A stretch of DNA of 64,000 nucleotides from Candidatus Zixiibacteriota bacterium (GTDB lineage Bacteria > Zixibacteria > MSB-5A5 > GN15 > FEB-12), in NCBI GenBank assembly GCA_021163775.1, contig JAGGTI010000009.1:12897-76896 (forward strand), in the 5' to 3' direction. The notes beneath the pieces were generated by a model. The model was not told the DNA's origin and did not search any database. It worked only from the letters and a program-made list of their open reading frames with translations. The translations under genes were made by a program, and so were the position numbers. Shown piece by piece: positions 9,755-18,966 of this stretch (positions are counted from its first letter, which is position 1; every line of letters starts with the position of its first letter).

Positions 9755-9831
9755 GGGCGATTAGCTCAGTTGGTTAGAGTGCTTGCTTGACATGCAAGAG
9801 GTCACTGGTTCAATTCCAGTATCGCCCACCA
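9755..9831 (+). tRNA. tRNA-Val (anticodon GAC), CCA encoded
   Basis: Manual cloverleaf: acceptor GGGCGAT/ATCGCCC, D arm GCTC-AGTTGGTTA-GAGT, anticodon arm CTTGC-TTGACAT-GCAAG, T arm ACTGG-TTCAATT-CCAGT, then ACCA. Confidence 0.9.
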
Positions 9832-9904
9832 TTGATTTGACTTGACGGGATGTTTGGTTGGCATTCCAAACAGCCCGTTTTAGGTATTGGTGTAGATTTG
9901 AGAA

Positions 9905-11827
9905 ATGGCACAAGTAGAGATAAAATTTCCTGACGACTCGACAAAGCCGTTTGATGTTGGAACCACCGGGTTGGAAATCGCCAAGTCGATTTCGCCCCGT
10001 TTGGCCAAGGTAGCTCTGGCTATTGAGATCAATGGACAAGTGTGTGATCTCGGTCATGCAGTAACTCAAGATGCCTCGGTGCGAATTTTTACTTTCGACG
10101 ATGTCGAGGGGCGTCAGGTTTTCTGGCATTCCTGTTCGCATATTATGGCTCAGGCGGTGCAGGAGTTATTCCCCGGTACAAAGCTCGCTATTGGTCCATC
10201 AATCGAAGAAGGCTGGTATTACGACTTTGATGTCGAGAAACCATTCTCACCCGAAGATCTAGGGAAGATCGAAAAGCGGATGAAGGAGATCATTGCCGAG
10301 AATGCTCCTTTTCGATGCGAATCAATGAATCGTGACGATGCTATCAAGCATTATCGCGACAAAAGCGAAACTTACAAGGTTGAGCTGATTGAGGATTTGA
10401 AAGACGAGACGGTTTCATTTTATTATCATTCGCGCTTTGAGGATCTGTGTCTCGGTCCGCATGTGCCATCGACCGGTGTGGTTAAAGCGTTCAAGTTGAT
10501 ATCATCTTCTGGCGCCTATTGGCGTGGTGATGAGCACCGTCCAATGTTGCAACGTATTTACGGCGTGGCTTATCCCAAGAAGAACCTGTTGGATGATTAC
10601 CTCAAAAGGCTTGAAGAGGCGAAGAAGCGCGACCATCGGGTTATCGGCAAGCAACTGGAGCTGTTCCATTTTTCCGACGAAGTCGGTGCTGGATTGGTTT
10701 TGTGGATGCCACGCGGCGCGCGTATCCGCCAGATTATCGAGGACTATTGGCGGCAACAGCATCTGGACAACGACTACGACATCGTATTTACGCCTCATAT
10801 CGCGAAACAGGAGCTTTGGGATCAGAGCGGACACACCGGTTTTTACGCCGAGAATATGTATAAGCCAATTGATATTGATGGGCGCAAATTCCAACTCAAA
10901 CCGATGAACTGCCCGTTCCATATGCAGATGTATAAATCACGGCTCTGGTCCTATCGGGATCTGCCGTTACGTTGGGCCGAACTCGGCACGGTTTACAGAT
11001 ATGAGCGTCCGGGGGTGCTACATGGCCTCATGCGCGTACGCGGTTTCACCCAAGATGATGCCCACCATTTTGTCGCCCGCGATCGTATTGACGAAGAACT
11101 CTCCTGGACCCTCGATTTCTGCATTCATATGCTCCGGTCATTCGGTTTTGACAGCTATGATATTTACCTCTCGACCCGTCCAGAGAAAGCTATTGGGGAC
11201 GACGCCGACTGGGACAAGGCCGAGGGTGCTTTGCGCACGGCTCTGAAAAAGGCTGGCTTGCCGTTTGAGGTTGATCCTGGCGAAGGAGTATTTTACGGAC
11301 CCAAGATTGATATCAAGATCAAGGATTCTATCGGTCGCTCGTGGCAATGTTCTACGATTCAGTTTGATTTCTCGCTACCGGAACGGTTCGATCTTCATTA
11401 TACTGATCGTGACGGCGAGCGGCGGCGGCCATATATGGTCCACCGCGCGTTACTGGGATCAATCGAGCGATTCTTCGGTGTGCTGATTGAGCATTACGCT
11501 GGTAATTTCCCGCTGTGGCTGGCACCGGTGCAGGTGGCTGTGTTGCCGATATCTGATGACCTGAACGACTATTGCGGGCGGGTTGTCAAACGTTTGAAAG
11601 AGGCTGGGCTTCGTGCCGAGATTGACGACCGATCAGAGAAAATCGGCGCTAAGATTCGGGCGGCTGAAATAATGAAGACCCCGTATATGTTTGTTGTGGG
11701 CGCTCGTGAGGCTGAGGCTGATTCGGTGTCTGTTCGCAAGCATGGTACCGGAGATATTGGTGTAAAAACAATCGACGAGGCTTTGGCTTCGTTGCAGGCC
11801 GAAGTGGCAAGCAAAGGACTTGAGTAG
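9905..11827 (+). CDS. thrS: threonine--tRNA ligase
   Basis: 640 aa with a TGS-like N terminus, class II core (FQLKPMNCPFHMQMY, RVRGFTQDDAHHF) and anticodon-binding C terminus. Conserved thrS-infC-rpmI-rplT order. Confidence 0.97.
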   Translation: MAQVEIKFPDDSTKPFDVGTTGLEIAKSISPRLAKVALAIEINGQVCDLGHAVTQDASVRIFTFDDVEGRQVFWHSCSHIMAQAVQELFPGTKLAIGPSIEEGWYYDFDVEKPFSPEDLGKIEKRMKEIIAENAPFRCESMNRDDAIKHYRDKSETYKVELIEDLKDETVSFYYHSRFEDLCLGPHVPSTGVVKAFKLISSSGAYWRGDEHRPMLQRIYGVAYPKKNLLDDYLKRLEEAKKRDHRVIGKQLELFHFSDEVGAGLVLWMPRGARIRQIIEDYWRQQHLDNDYDIVFTPHIAKQELWDQSGHTGFYAENMYKPIDIDGRKFQLKPMNCPFHMQMYKSRLWSYRDLPLRWAELGTVYRYERPGVLHGLMRVRGFTQDDAHHFVARDRIDEELSWTLDFCIHMLRSFGFDSYDIYLSTRPEKAIGDDADWDKAEGALRTALKKAGLPFEVDPGEGVFYGPKIDIKIKDSIGRSWQCSTIQFDFSLPERFDLHYTDRDGERRRPYMVHRALLGSIERFFGVLIEHYAGNFPLWLAPVQVAVLPISDDLNDYCGRVVKRLKEAGLRAEIDDRSEKIGAKIRAAEIMKTPYMFVVGAREAEADSVSVRKHGTGDIGVKTIDEALASLQAEVASKGLE

Positions 11828-11858
11828 CTGTTCCGCGCGAACAGCCAAGGAGGCATTC

Positions 11859-12470
11859 ATAAGTAAGAAGCACGTTCGGATTAACGACCGTATACGGATT
11901 TCGCCGGTACGTCTGATCGCAGAGGATGGCGAGCAGTTGGGCATTGTGCCGATTAAAGAAGCCTTGGATCGGGCCCGTGCGTCCGGTTTGGATGTGGTCG
12001 AGGTGGCACCTAATAGTCGCCCTCCGGTGTGTCGCATAATGGACTACGGTAAGTTCAAGTATGAGCTTGCCAAGAAAGATAAACTGGCCCGCAAGAAAAC
12101 GCATTCTTTCCAATTGAAGGAAATGCGGTTCCGGCCCAAGATCGACGAGCACGATTATCAGTTTAAGATGAAGCATGTGCGCGAATTCTTGTCGGCGGGT
12201 AGTAAGGTCAGAGCTTTTGTGCTGTTTCGCGGACGGGAAATGACCCGAATCGAGTTTGGTCGCAAGATTCTGTCTAGATTGGAAACCGACCTGACTGATA
12301 TTGCTACTGTTGATTCCCCGGCCAAGATGGAAGGACGGTCAATGAGTATGGTTGTTTCGCCGAGACCTGAAGTTATCAAGCAGGCTCAGGCGACAAAGAC
12401 CGAAAAAGCGCACGCCAAAGAAGAAGCGAAGGAAGAAGCCAAAGAAGAACTAAAAGAAGAAGCTCGCTGA
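11859..12470 (+). CDS. infC: translation initiation factor IF-3, probable non-canonical ATA start
   Basis: ISKKHVRINDRIRISPVRLIAEDGEQLGIV..PPVCRIMDYGKFKYE aligns from residue 1 with known IF-3 N termini. AAGGAGG (11847-11853) lies 5 nt before ATA 11859. The track start TTG 11820 lies inside thrS and has no SD. Confidence 0.9.
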   Translation: MSKKHVRINDRIRISPVRLIAEDGEQLGIVPIKEALDRARASGLDVVEVAPNSRPPVCRIMDYGKFKYELAKKDKLARKKTHSFQLKEMRFRPKIDEHDYQFKMKHVREFLSAGSKVRAFVLFRGREMTRIEFGRKILSRLETDLTDIATVDSPAKMEGRSMSMVVSPRPEVIKQAQATKTEKAHAKEEAKEEAKEELKEEAR

Positions 12471-12543
12471 GATTAAAAAGTTAACCGGGATGTCCGGGGT
12501 CACTGAAAAAGATATATAGAGTACTTGATATAAGAGGTTTGTA

Positions 12544-12738
12544 ATGCCGAAGATGAAAACGAAACGGGCGGCCGCCAAACGGTTCAAACGAACCGGTACC
12601 GGTAAGGTTAAGCGGCACCATAACTATAAGGATCATATCCTTACGAAGAAAACGCCCAAACGGAAACGAAAACTACGCAAGGCCGGATTGATTGCCAAAG
12701 CCGACCTGGGTCGTATTGATCGCGCCATGCCGTACTAA
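12544..12738 (+). CDS. rpmI: 50S ribosomal protein L35
   Basis: [26 protein letters not shown].., 64 aa, between infC and rplT. Confidence 0.95.
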   Translation: MPKMKTKRAAAKRFKRTGTGKVKRHHNYKDHILTKKTPKRKRKLRKAGLIAKADLGRIDRAMPY

Positions 12739-12773
12739 ACGGATGGAATTTCGGTCTATAGGAGACAATAGCA

Positions 12774-13124
12774 ATGCCACGTGCAAAAAATAATGTTGCG
12801 GCTAAACAGCGCCATAAGAAGGTTCTGAAGAAAGCTCGCGGTAACTACGGTGCCCGAAGTCGTCTATATCGCACAGCGATAGAGACTGTCCACAAGGGTT
12901 TGACTTATGCCTACCGGGATCGTCGTAACAAGAAGCGTACTTTTCGCGCTCTTTGGATCACCCGTATATCAGCGGCGGCCAAGATGTGTGATACAAATTA
13001 CTCTTCCTTTATACATGGTCTGAAACAGGCTGGGGTTAATCTCAATCGTAAAGCGCTGGCCGATATCGCGGCCCGCGATATGACCACCTTTGCCCAATTG
13101 GCGAAGATGGCGGAGAGCAAGTAA
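12774..13124 (+). CDS. rplT: 50S ribosomal protein L20
   Basis: MPRAKNNVAAKQRHKKVLKKARGNYGARSRLYRTA..AYRDRRNKKRTFRALWITRI. Confidence 0.95.
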   Translation: MPRAKNNVAAKQRHKKVLKKARGNYGARSRLYRTAIETVHKGLTYAYRDRRNKKRTFRALWITRISAAAKMCDTNYSSFIHGLKQAGVNLNRKALADIAARDMTTFAQLAKMAESK

Positions 13125-13138
13125 GCCTACGGCGGAAC

Positions 13139-14152
13139 ATGTCGCTTGTTGAAGAGATCACCCGATTAGAATCCGAAGCCCTCGAGCGAATTGGCCAGGC
13201 CGATTCGCTCGAATCGGTTGGGGAACTCCACGTCCAATATCTGGGGCGCAAGGGTTCGCTGGTGGCTATTCTGCGCCAACTTGGTAAACTCCCACCCGAA
13301 GAAAAGAAAATAGTCGGTGCGCGTGCCAATCAGGCTCGTGTCAGGTTGGAATCCGAATTTAAGACCGCCCAGGCAAGATTTGAAACCGATGAGGGTGGTT
13401 CGGTGTTCGATCCCACTCTACCGGGAACAGCCCAAAGGGCTGGTACCGTGCATATTATCAATCAGGTGATGGGGGAGATATGCCAGACGTTCTATGGCAT
13501 GGGTTTCCAGATTTCCCAGGGTCCTCACGTTGAAACTGACTATTTCAATTTTGAATCACTGAATTTCCCACCGGATCATCCGGCCCGGGATATGCAGGAT
13601 ACGTTTTTCGTAGAAGGTGGGCGACTGCTTCGTACGCATACAACTCCGGTTCAGACACGCGAATTAGCGAACAGCAAGCCTCCAATCAAGATTCTCGCAC
13701 CGGGCAAGACCTTCCGCAACGAAGCGATTTCTACCCGTGCTCACGTGTCGTTTCATCAGGTTGATGGCTTTTTGGTGGATGAAGGTGTCACTATGGCCGA
13801 CTTGAAAGGTTGCTTAGTCGCTTTTTGTCGATCATTCTTTGGCGAAGAACTCAAGCTCAAATGGCGACCATCGTATTTTCCGTTCACAGAACCATCGGCG
13901 GAAGTTGATATCTCATGTTTCCTTTGCAAGGGGAAGGGCTGTCAGCTCTGCAAATACTCGGGTTGGCTGGAAATTCTTGGTTGTGGGATGATTGATCCTG
14001 CTGTTCTCGAGATGGCTGGACACGATCCCGAAAAATATACCGGATATGCTTTTGGTATTGGGGTCGAACGGGTGGCTATGTTGAAATACAAGATAAACGA
14101 TATCAGGCTCTTCTTTAATAACAACGTTCGTTTTCTCAGGCAGTTCTTTTAG
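13139..14152 (+). CDS. pheS: phenylalanine--tRNA ligase alpha subunit
   Basis: 337 aa with HPARDMQDTFF, FRNEAISTRAHVSFHQVDG and FPFTEPSAEVD class II motifs. Confidence 0.97.
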   Translation: MSLVEEITRLESEALERIGQADSLESVGELHVQYLGRKGSLVAILRQLGKLPPEEKKIVGARANQARVRLESEFKTAQARFETDEGGSVFDPTLPGTAQRAGTVHIINQVMGEICQTFYGMGFQISQGPHVETDYFNFESLNFPPDHPARDMQDTFFVEGGRLLRTHTTPVQTRELANSKPPIKILAPGKTFRNEAISTRAHVSFHQVDGFLVDEGVTMADLKGCLVAFCRSFFGEELKLKWRPSYFPFTEPSAEVDISCFLCKGKGCQLCKYSGWLEILGCGMIDPAVLEMAGHDPEKYTGYAFGIGVERVAMLKYKINDIRLFFNNNVRFLRQFF

Positions 14153-14154
14153 AT

Positions 14155-16539
14155 ATGAAGGTTTCGTATCAGTGGCTTATTGAATTGACCGGTCTGGATT
14201 GGCCGGTGGAAGAGGTCTCCGACCGCCTCACGCTGTGTGGCACGGCATGCGAAGATATTATTGCTACTGATCGATATTTCGATAAGGTTGTAGTCGGAGA
14301 AGTAACCGATCTGAATCCGATCAAGGGTGCCGACAAGATCAGATTGGCCACAGTCAATATTGGATCTGAGGCTCTCGAACTGGTGTGTGGTGCGCCGAAT
14401 GTGGCCGTGGGACAGAAAGTTCCCGTTGCGCTTCTCGGAGCCAAATTAGCCGGTGATATCAAGATCAAAAAAGCGAAGATTCGAGGTATCGAATCGTGTG
14501 GCATGATCTGTTCTGAACGTGAGTTGGGTCTGTCGGACGATCACTCCGGTATCCTGGTTTTGGATCCCTCAGCTACGCCCGGAACACAGATGGGAGACCA
14601 TCTCGATTATCATGACTATATTTTGGATTTTGAGTTGACCCCCAACCGGGGTGACTCAATGTCGGCTATTGGCATTGCCCGTGATTTGGCTGCCCTGGCA
14701 TTGACCAAAATACGTTACCCTCAATATGAACTAAAAACCACGAGCGATAAGATTGCCGATTGCTTTAGTGCAACCTCCGATGATCTTCAGGCTTGCCCAC
14801 GCTTCACAGCGCGGATCATTCGGAATGTGAAAATTGGCTCTTCACCGTGGTGGGTGCAAAAGAAGCTGATCGCTTCCGGTATGCGACCGATCTCCAACGT
14901 GGTTGATATAACCAACCTGATTATGTTAGAGACCGGTAACCCGATTCACGCCTTTGACCTTGATCGTTTTGGTTCTGATAAAATTGTTGTACGACGCGCG
15001 CGTGCTGGCGAAAAACTGACCACCCTTGATGGTCAGGATCACGAACTGACTCCCGATGTTCTCCTGATTACCGATGGTGAACGGGCACGAGCCGCGGCTG
15101 GTGTTATGGGGGGTATTGATTCCGAGGTTGAGGATGATACCCGTAACATTCTTTTGGAAGTCGCCTATTTTGACCCCTCGGTGATTCGCAGGAGTCGCAA
15201 GCAACTCGGTATCGTTTCTGAGGCATCGTCACGATTTGAAAAAGGGGTTGATCCGAATAATCTCGAAACAGCATCGGCGCGGGCGGCCTGTTTATTTGCT
15301 GAGTTATGCGGCGGCGAGGTTCTTGATGGCTTGATCGATTTTTATCCTGAGCCGATCAAACCGGCTGTTGTCCCACTCAGACCGAAGCGTTGCAATGATC
15401 TTCTCGGTACAAGTCTTTCTACTGAACGGATGATCGAGATACTGGAACATCTCGAATACGAAGTCAAACCGGGTGATCCGATACAGGTCACGGTACCAAC
15501 TTATCGTACCGACATTATACGCGAAGTTGACCTGATCGAAGAGGTTGCACGGACTGATGGCTACAATTCGATTCCCGATGCCACCGAAAATATCGGGCCG
15601 CTTTTTGCGCCGCCCAATCCTAAGGAACAATTCGATAACGCCATCCGCACGGTGCTGACCGGTGCTGGTTTTGACGAGATGCTGGGGCACGGTCTGGCGC
15701 ACAGCAAGTTGGCTGGTCTGCTCAATCCGGATATCCCCAGGCTTAATATTGTTAACCCGGTATCAGAAGACCTCGACATCATGCGCAACGACCTGGTTCA
15801 GACGGCGTTGAGTGTTGTCGGGCATAATATTGCGCACCGCAATCTTGATTTGCGGTTATTTGAGATTGGGAAAGCTTATCATCCTCCGGACAGCGATGGG
15901 AATTGGATTGAGGAAGACCGCTTGATATTGACTGTTACGGGCAGTACCGCTTCCAATTGGCGCGAGAAACCGAGATTAGCGGACTTCTACGATTTGACCG
16001 GTGGCTTGGAGCGTTTGACCGAGCATTTTCATTGGCCGAAAATACAGGTTGATCCGGCCGAAATTTCGTACCTTGATTCGGAGCAATCATATTCTCTCAA
16101 TCTTGGCGGCAAATTGATAGGTACGGCTGGTTTGGTTCGGGCTAAGATTGCCCGAAGATTTGATGTCAAGCAACCGGTATATGTTCTGCAAATCCAATTG
16201 GCTCCACTGACTAAACTCAACAGTGAGCTGGCCGAATTTACCCCCCTCCCAGTCTATCCGGCTGTGAAGCGCGATTTAGCGATGGTAGTTGGCGAGACTG
16301 TTCAGGTGGGAGAGTTGATCAAAACGATTCGATCACAAGCCGGTGAATTGGCTGAACAGATCGAGGTTTTTGATGTTTATATTGGAAAGCAGATTGGTGA
16401 GCATAAGAAATCTGTGGCGATCGCCATGAGTTTTCGCTCATCTGAGCGAAGTCTGTCAAATACGGAAATTGACGAATTACTTGCACGTATAGTATTGCGG
16501 TTGAAGAAGGATTTCAAGGCTGAGATCAGGGATTGGTAA
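14155..16539 (+). CDS. pheT: phenylalanine--tRNA ligase beta subunit
   Basis: 794 aa with MKVSYQWL.., a tRNA-binding OB domain, B3/4, B5 and a ferredoxin-fold anticodon-binding end. It starts 2 nt after pheS. Confidence 0.97.
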   Translation: MKVSYQWLIELTGLDWPVEEVSDRLTLCGTACEDIIATDRYFDKVVVGEVTDLNPIKGADKIRLATVNIGSEALELVCGAPNVAVGQKVPVALLGAKLAGDIKIKKAKIRGIESCGMICSERELGLSDDHSGILVLDPSATPGTQMGDHLDYHDYILDFELTPNRGDSMSAIGIARDLAALALTKIRYPQYELKTTSDKIADCFSATSDDLQACPRFTARIIRNVKIGSSPWWVQKKLIASGMRPISNVVDITNLIMLETGNPIHAFDLDRFGSDKIVVRRARAGEKLTTLDGQDHELTPDVLLITDGERARAAAGVMGGIDSEVEDDTRNILLEVAYFDPSVIRRSRKQLGIVSEASSRFEKGVDPNNLETASARAACLFAELCGGEVLDGLIDFYPEPIKPAVVPLRPKRCNDLLGTSLSTERMIEILEHLEYEVKPGDPIQVTVPTYRTDIIREVDLIEEVARTDGYNSIPDATENIGPLFAPPNPKEQFDNAIRTVLTGAGFDEMLGHGLAHSKLAGLLNPDIPRLNIVNPVSEDLDIMRNDLVQTALSVVGHNIAHRNLDLRLFEIGKAYHPPDSDGNWIEEDRLILTVTGSTASNWREKPRLADFYDLTGGLERLTEHFHWPKIQVDPAEISYLDSEQSYSLNLGGKLIGTAGLVRAKIARRFDVKQPVYVLQIQLAPLTKLNSELAEFTPLPVYPAVKRDLAMVVGETVQVGELIKTIRSQAGELAEQIEVFDVYIGKQIGEHKKSVAIAMSFRSSERSLSNTEIDELLARIVLRLKKDFKAEIRDW

Positions 16540-16541
16540 GT

Positions 16542-16784
16542 ATGACTGATAAAATAAAATTACTCGAAGATAAGGTCGGCCAGGTTCTGGGCAGATTGGA
16601 TGAACTTCAGGGCGAAAATGTGTCGCTGAAAGAGCAAAACACCGGCCTCAAGAGCGAACTTGTTGAGCTTCAACAGACCTTCAAGCAGTTTAAGCTTGAG
16701 AATAACGACCGAGCGGAACAAGTTAAATCAAAGTTGGCCACCCTGTTGGCGCGAATTGAAGAATTAGAACAAATTGGACTATAG
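16542..16784 (+). CDS. small coiled-coil protein, ZapB-like (tentative)
   Basis: 80 aa, heptad-rich (LEDKVGQVLGRLDELQGENVSLKEQNTGLKSELVELQ). Sits directly before zapA. ATG 16542 is preferred over track start TTG 16533. Confidence 0.45.
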   Translation: MTDKIKLLEDKVGQVLGRLDELQGENVSLKEQNTGLKSELVELQQTFKQFKLENNDRAEQVKSKLATLLARIEELEQIGL

Positions 16785-16793
16785 AAGTTTTTA

Positions 16794-16822
16794 TTGACAT
16801 CCTTTAGCAGGGTATGTATAAG
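16794..16822 (+). promoter_or_regulatory. sigma-70 type promoter upstream of zapA
   Basis: TTGACA (16794-16799), 17 nt, TATAAG (16817-16822). Confidence 0.5.
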
Positions 16823-16876
16823 ATATTATGCTGTAGAGGGATACGAGTTTACAGCCGAGTTTGAAAGGTCAGAGTT

Positions 16877-17179
16877 GTGTCTGGTTTGCCAGTAGAAAAC
16901 AAAGTTGTCGTGAGAATATTCGGGGAAGAGTACCCCATAACAGGAGTTGATGATTCAACCTATATTTCTCGAGTGGCCGATTTGGTCGATTCGAGAATGC
17001 AGGAGGTGGCTCATCAAAGTCGTTCAAAAGCGCGCGACAAAATTGCCATATTGACTGCTTTGTCATTAGCGTCCGAACTTTTGGATCAGTCGGACAAACT
17101 TCAGCAGGTAACAGGTAAGTCTGAATCATCGTTGGACAACATGTTAGACCGGTTGGATGATGCACTTAGCAGTAGCTGA
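16877..17179 (+). CDS. zapA: cell division protein ZapA
   Basis: VVVRIFGEEYPITGVDDSTYISRVADLVDSRMQEV..KIAILTALSLASELLD matches the ZapA fold pattern. GTG start. Confidence 0.8.
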   Translation: MSGLPVENKVVVRIFGEEYPITGVDDSTYISRVADLVDSRMQEVAHQSRSKARDKIAILTALSLASELLDQSDKLQQVTGKSESSLDNMLDRLDDALSSS

Positions 17180-17282
17180 CACACCAGTTTTTGGATCAGT
17201 TTCAATCGGATAGTAATCTCCATCCCAGCTTGACATATGTATATATATTCATCTGGATCGCAGATCCGGATGGGAGGCTACA

Positions 17283-18845
17283 ATGGAATACCTGAGCTTC
17301 GTACTTGTTGCGGTGGTTGGGCTGGTGCTTGGATTCGGACTGGCGTGGGTGATCTCACGTCGGATCGGTGACAAGAGTCTGGTGAAAATCGAATCCCAGG
17401 CCGAGCGGATTATTCGTGAGGCCAAGAAAGATGCCGCAATCCGTAAGAAAGAGGCCACCCTTGAGATTAGGGAGAAATCCCTTAAGGAGAGAGCTGATCT
17501 CAATCGTGAGGTTATGGAGAAACGAGGCGAAATTGATGCGATTGAAAAAGAAGTAGTAGAAAGCGCCGCCTCGTTACAGAAAAAAATAGATGTTATAGAG
17601 AGCAAGGAAAAGGAACTCATCGGGCGGGTCAGTACTATGCAGACCCGGGAGAAAGGTATTGAACTGGCCGAAGACAAGTTGCAGAAAACTCTCACGGCTC
17701 AGAACGAAAAACTTCAGAAGATTGCCCAGATGACGCCCGAAGAGGCCAAACAGCAATTGGTTGATAATATGACCAACGAAGCCAAGCTGGAGGCCGCCGC
17801 ACATATAAAAGAAATCAGGGAGCAGGCGGAAGCCGATGCCGAGAAAGAAGCCCGCGAGGTAATACTTCAATCAATCTATCGCTGTGCCGCAGACCACACG
17901 GTTGAGACTACAGTTTCGGTTGTTACCCTGCCGGGTGACGAGATGAAAGGTCGGATCATCGGGCGTGAAGGACGGAATATCCGGGCGTTTGAAACCGCTA
18001 CCGGGATTGATGTGATTGTTGATGATACCCCCGAAGCTGTGATCCTGTCGGGGTACGATCCGGTAAGGCGCGAAATTGCCCGGATGGCACTGGAAAAGTT
18101 GATCACGGATGGTCGAATACACCCGACTCGGATTGAGGAAGTAGTCGAGAAATCCGAAGCTGAGATGGAAGTCATTGTGCGCGAATTCGGCGAACAAGCT
18201 TGTTTCGAGTTAGGTGTTCACGGTGCCCATACTGATTTGGTTAAGATGTTGGGTAAGCTGAATTACCGTACCTCGTACGGGCAAAATGTCCTGGCTCACT
18301 CTAAAGAGGTCGCTATATTGTGTGGCCTGATGGCATCGCAGTTGGGTCTTGATGATCTGATGGCCAAACGGTGCGGTTTGATGCATGATATTGGCAAGGC
18401 TATTGACCGGGTCACCGAGGGCACCCACACGCAGATTGGGGCCGATTTCCTGACTCGCTACAAAGAGCATGAGTTTGTCGTCAATTCGGCAGAGTCTCAT
18501 CATGGTGATGTCGAGATGATCAGCCCGTATCCGGTTTTGGTTCAGACCGCTGACGCTATCTCTGGTGCCCGCCCTGGCGCGCGCCGCGAGCCGCTTGAGG
18601 CGTACGTCAAACGTCTGACTCAATTAGAGGAATTGGCGGGTAGTTTCAAGGGTGTGTCCAAGGCGTATGCTATTCAGGCCGGTCGTGAGATTCGAGTTGT
18701 TGTTGAGCATGATAAAGTCAATGATTTAGCTTCAACTATTCTGGCTGGTGATATTGCCGCCCGCATTGAATCGGAAATGCAGTACCCCGGTCAGATCAAG
18801 GTAACTGTGATTCGAGAATTAAGAACTACTGAATACGCCAAGTAG
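17283..18845 (+). CDS. rny: ribonuclease Y
   Basis: N-terminal TM helix, long coiled coil, KH domain (GRIIGREGRNIRAFE) and HD domain (GLMHDIGKA..ESHHGD), 520 aa. Confidence 0.95.
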   Translation: MEYLSFVLVAVVGLVLGFGLAWVISRRIGDKSLVKIESQAERIIREAKKDAAIRKKEATLEIREKSLKERADLNREVMEKRGEIDAIEKEVVESAASLQKKIDVIESKEKELIGRVSTMQTREKGIELAEDKLQKTLTAQNEKLQKIAQMTPEEAKQQLVDNMTNEAKLEAAAHIKEIREQAEADAEKEAREVILQSIYRCAADHTVETTVSVVTLPGDEMKGRIIGREGRNIRAFETATGIDVIVDDTPEAVILSGYDPVRREIARMALEKLITDGRIHPTRIEEVVEKSEAEMEVIVREFGEQACFELGVHGAHTDLVKMLGKLNYRTSYGQNVLAHSKEVAILCGLMASQLGLDDLMAKRCGLMHDIGKAIDRVTEGTHTQIGADFLTRYKEHEFVVNSAESHHGDVEMISPYPVLVQTADAISGARPGARREPLEAYVKRLTQLEELAGSFKGVSKAYAIQAGREIRVVVEHDKVNDLASTILAGDIAARIESEMQYPGQIKVTVIRELRTTEYAK

Positions 18846-18966
18846 TTGAAAATAGACAATCATAGAGCGAGACTGACTCGTCTGTTGTTTGGTGTTGACC
18901 TGTTGAAGATCATGAAGTCAGGCGGAGACTTCGTAGAATAATTGATCCGCCTTAGAAAGTAACCAG

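Noticed and set aside
9832-9904. A T-box or operator-type leader in front of thrS, and an L20-binding leader before rpmI (12471-12543).
   Set aside because: The spacers are only about 73 nt. I could not identify a specifier loop, a T-box sequence or a convincing pseudoknot by eye.
11633-12176. Minus-strand ORFs of 134 and 175 aa across the thrS/infC junction.
   Set aside because: They lie opposite highly conserved thrS and infC coding sequence and have no motifs.
17180-17282. A possible 6S RNA (ssrS) downstream of zapA, as in E. coli synteny.
   Set aside because: The gap is only about 100 nt, too short for a 6S RNA of about 180 nt. It contains just one hairpin.
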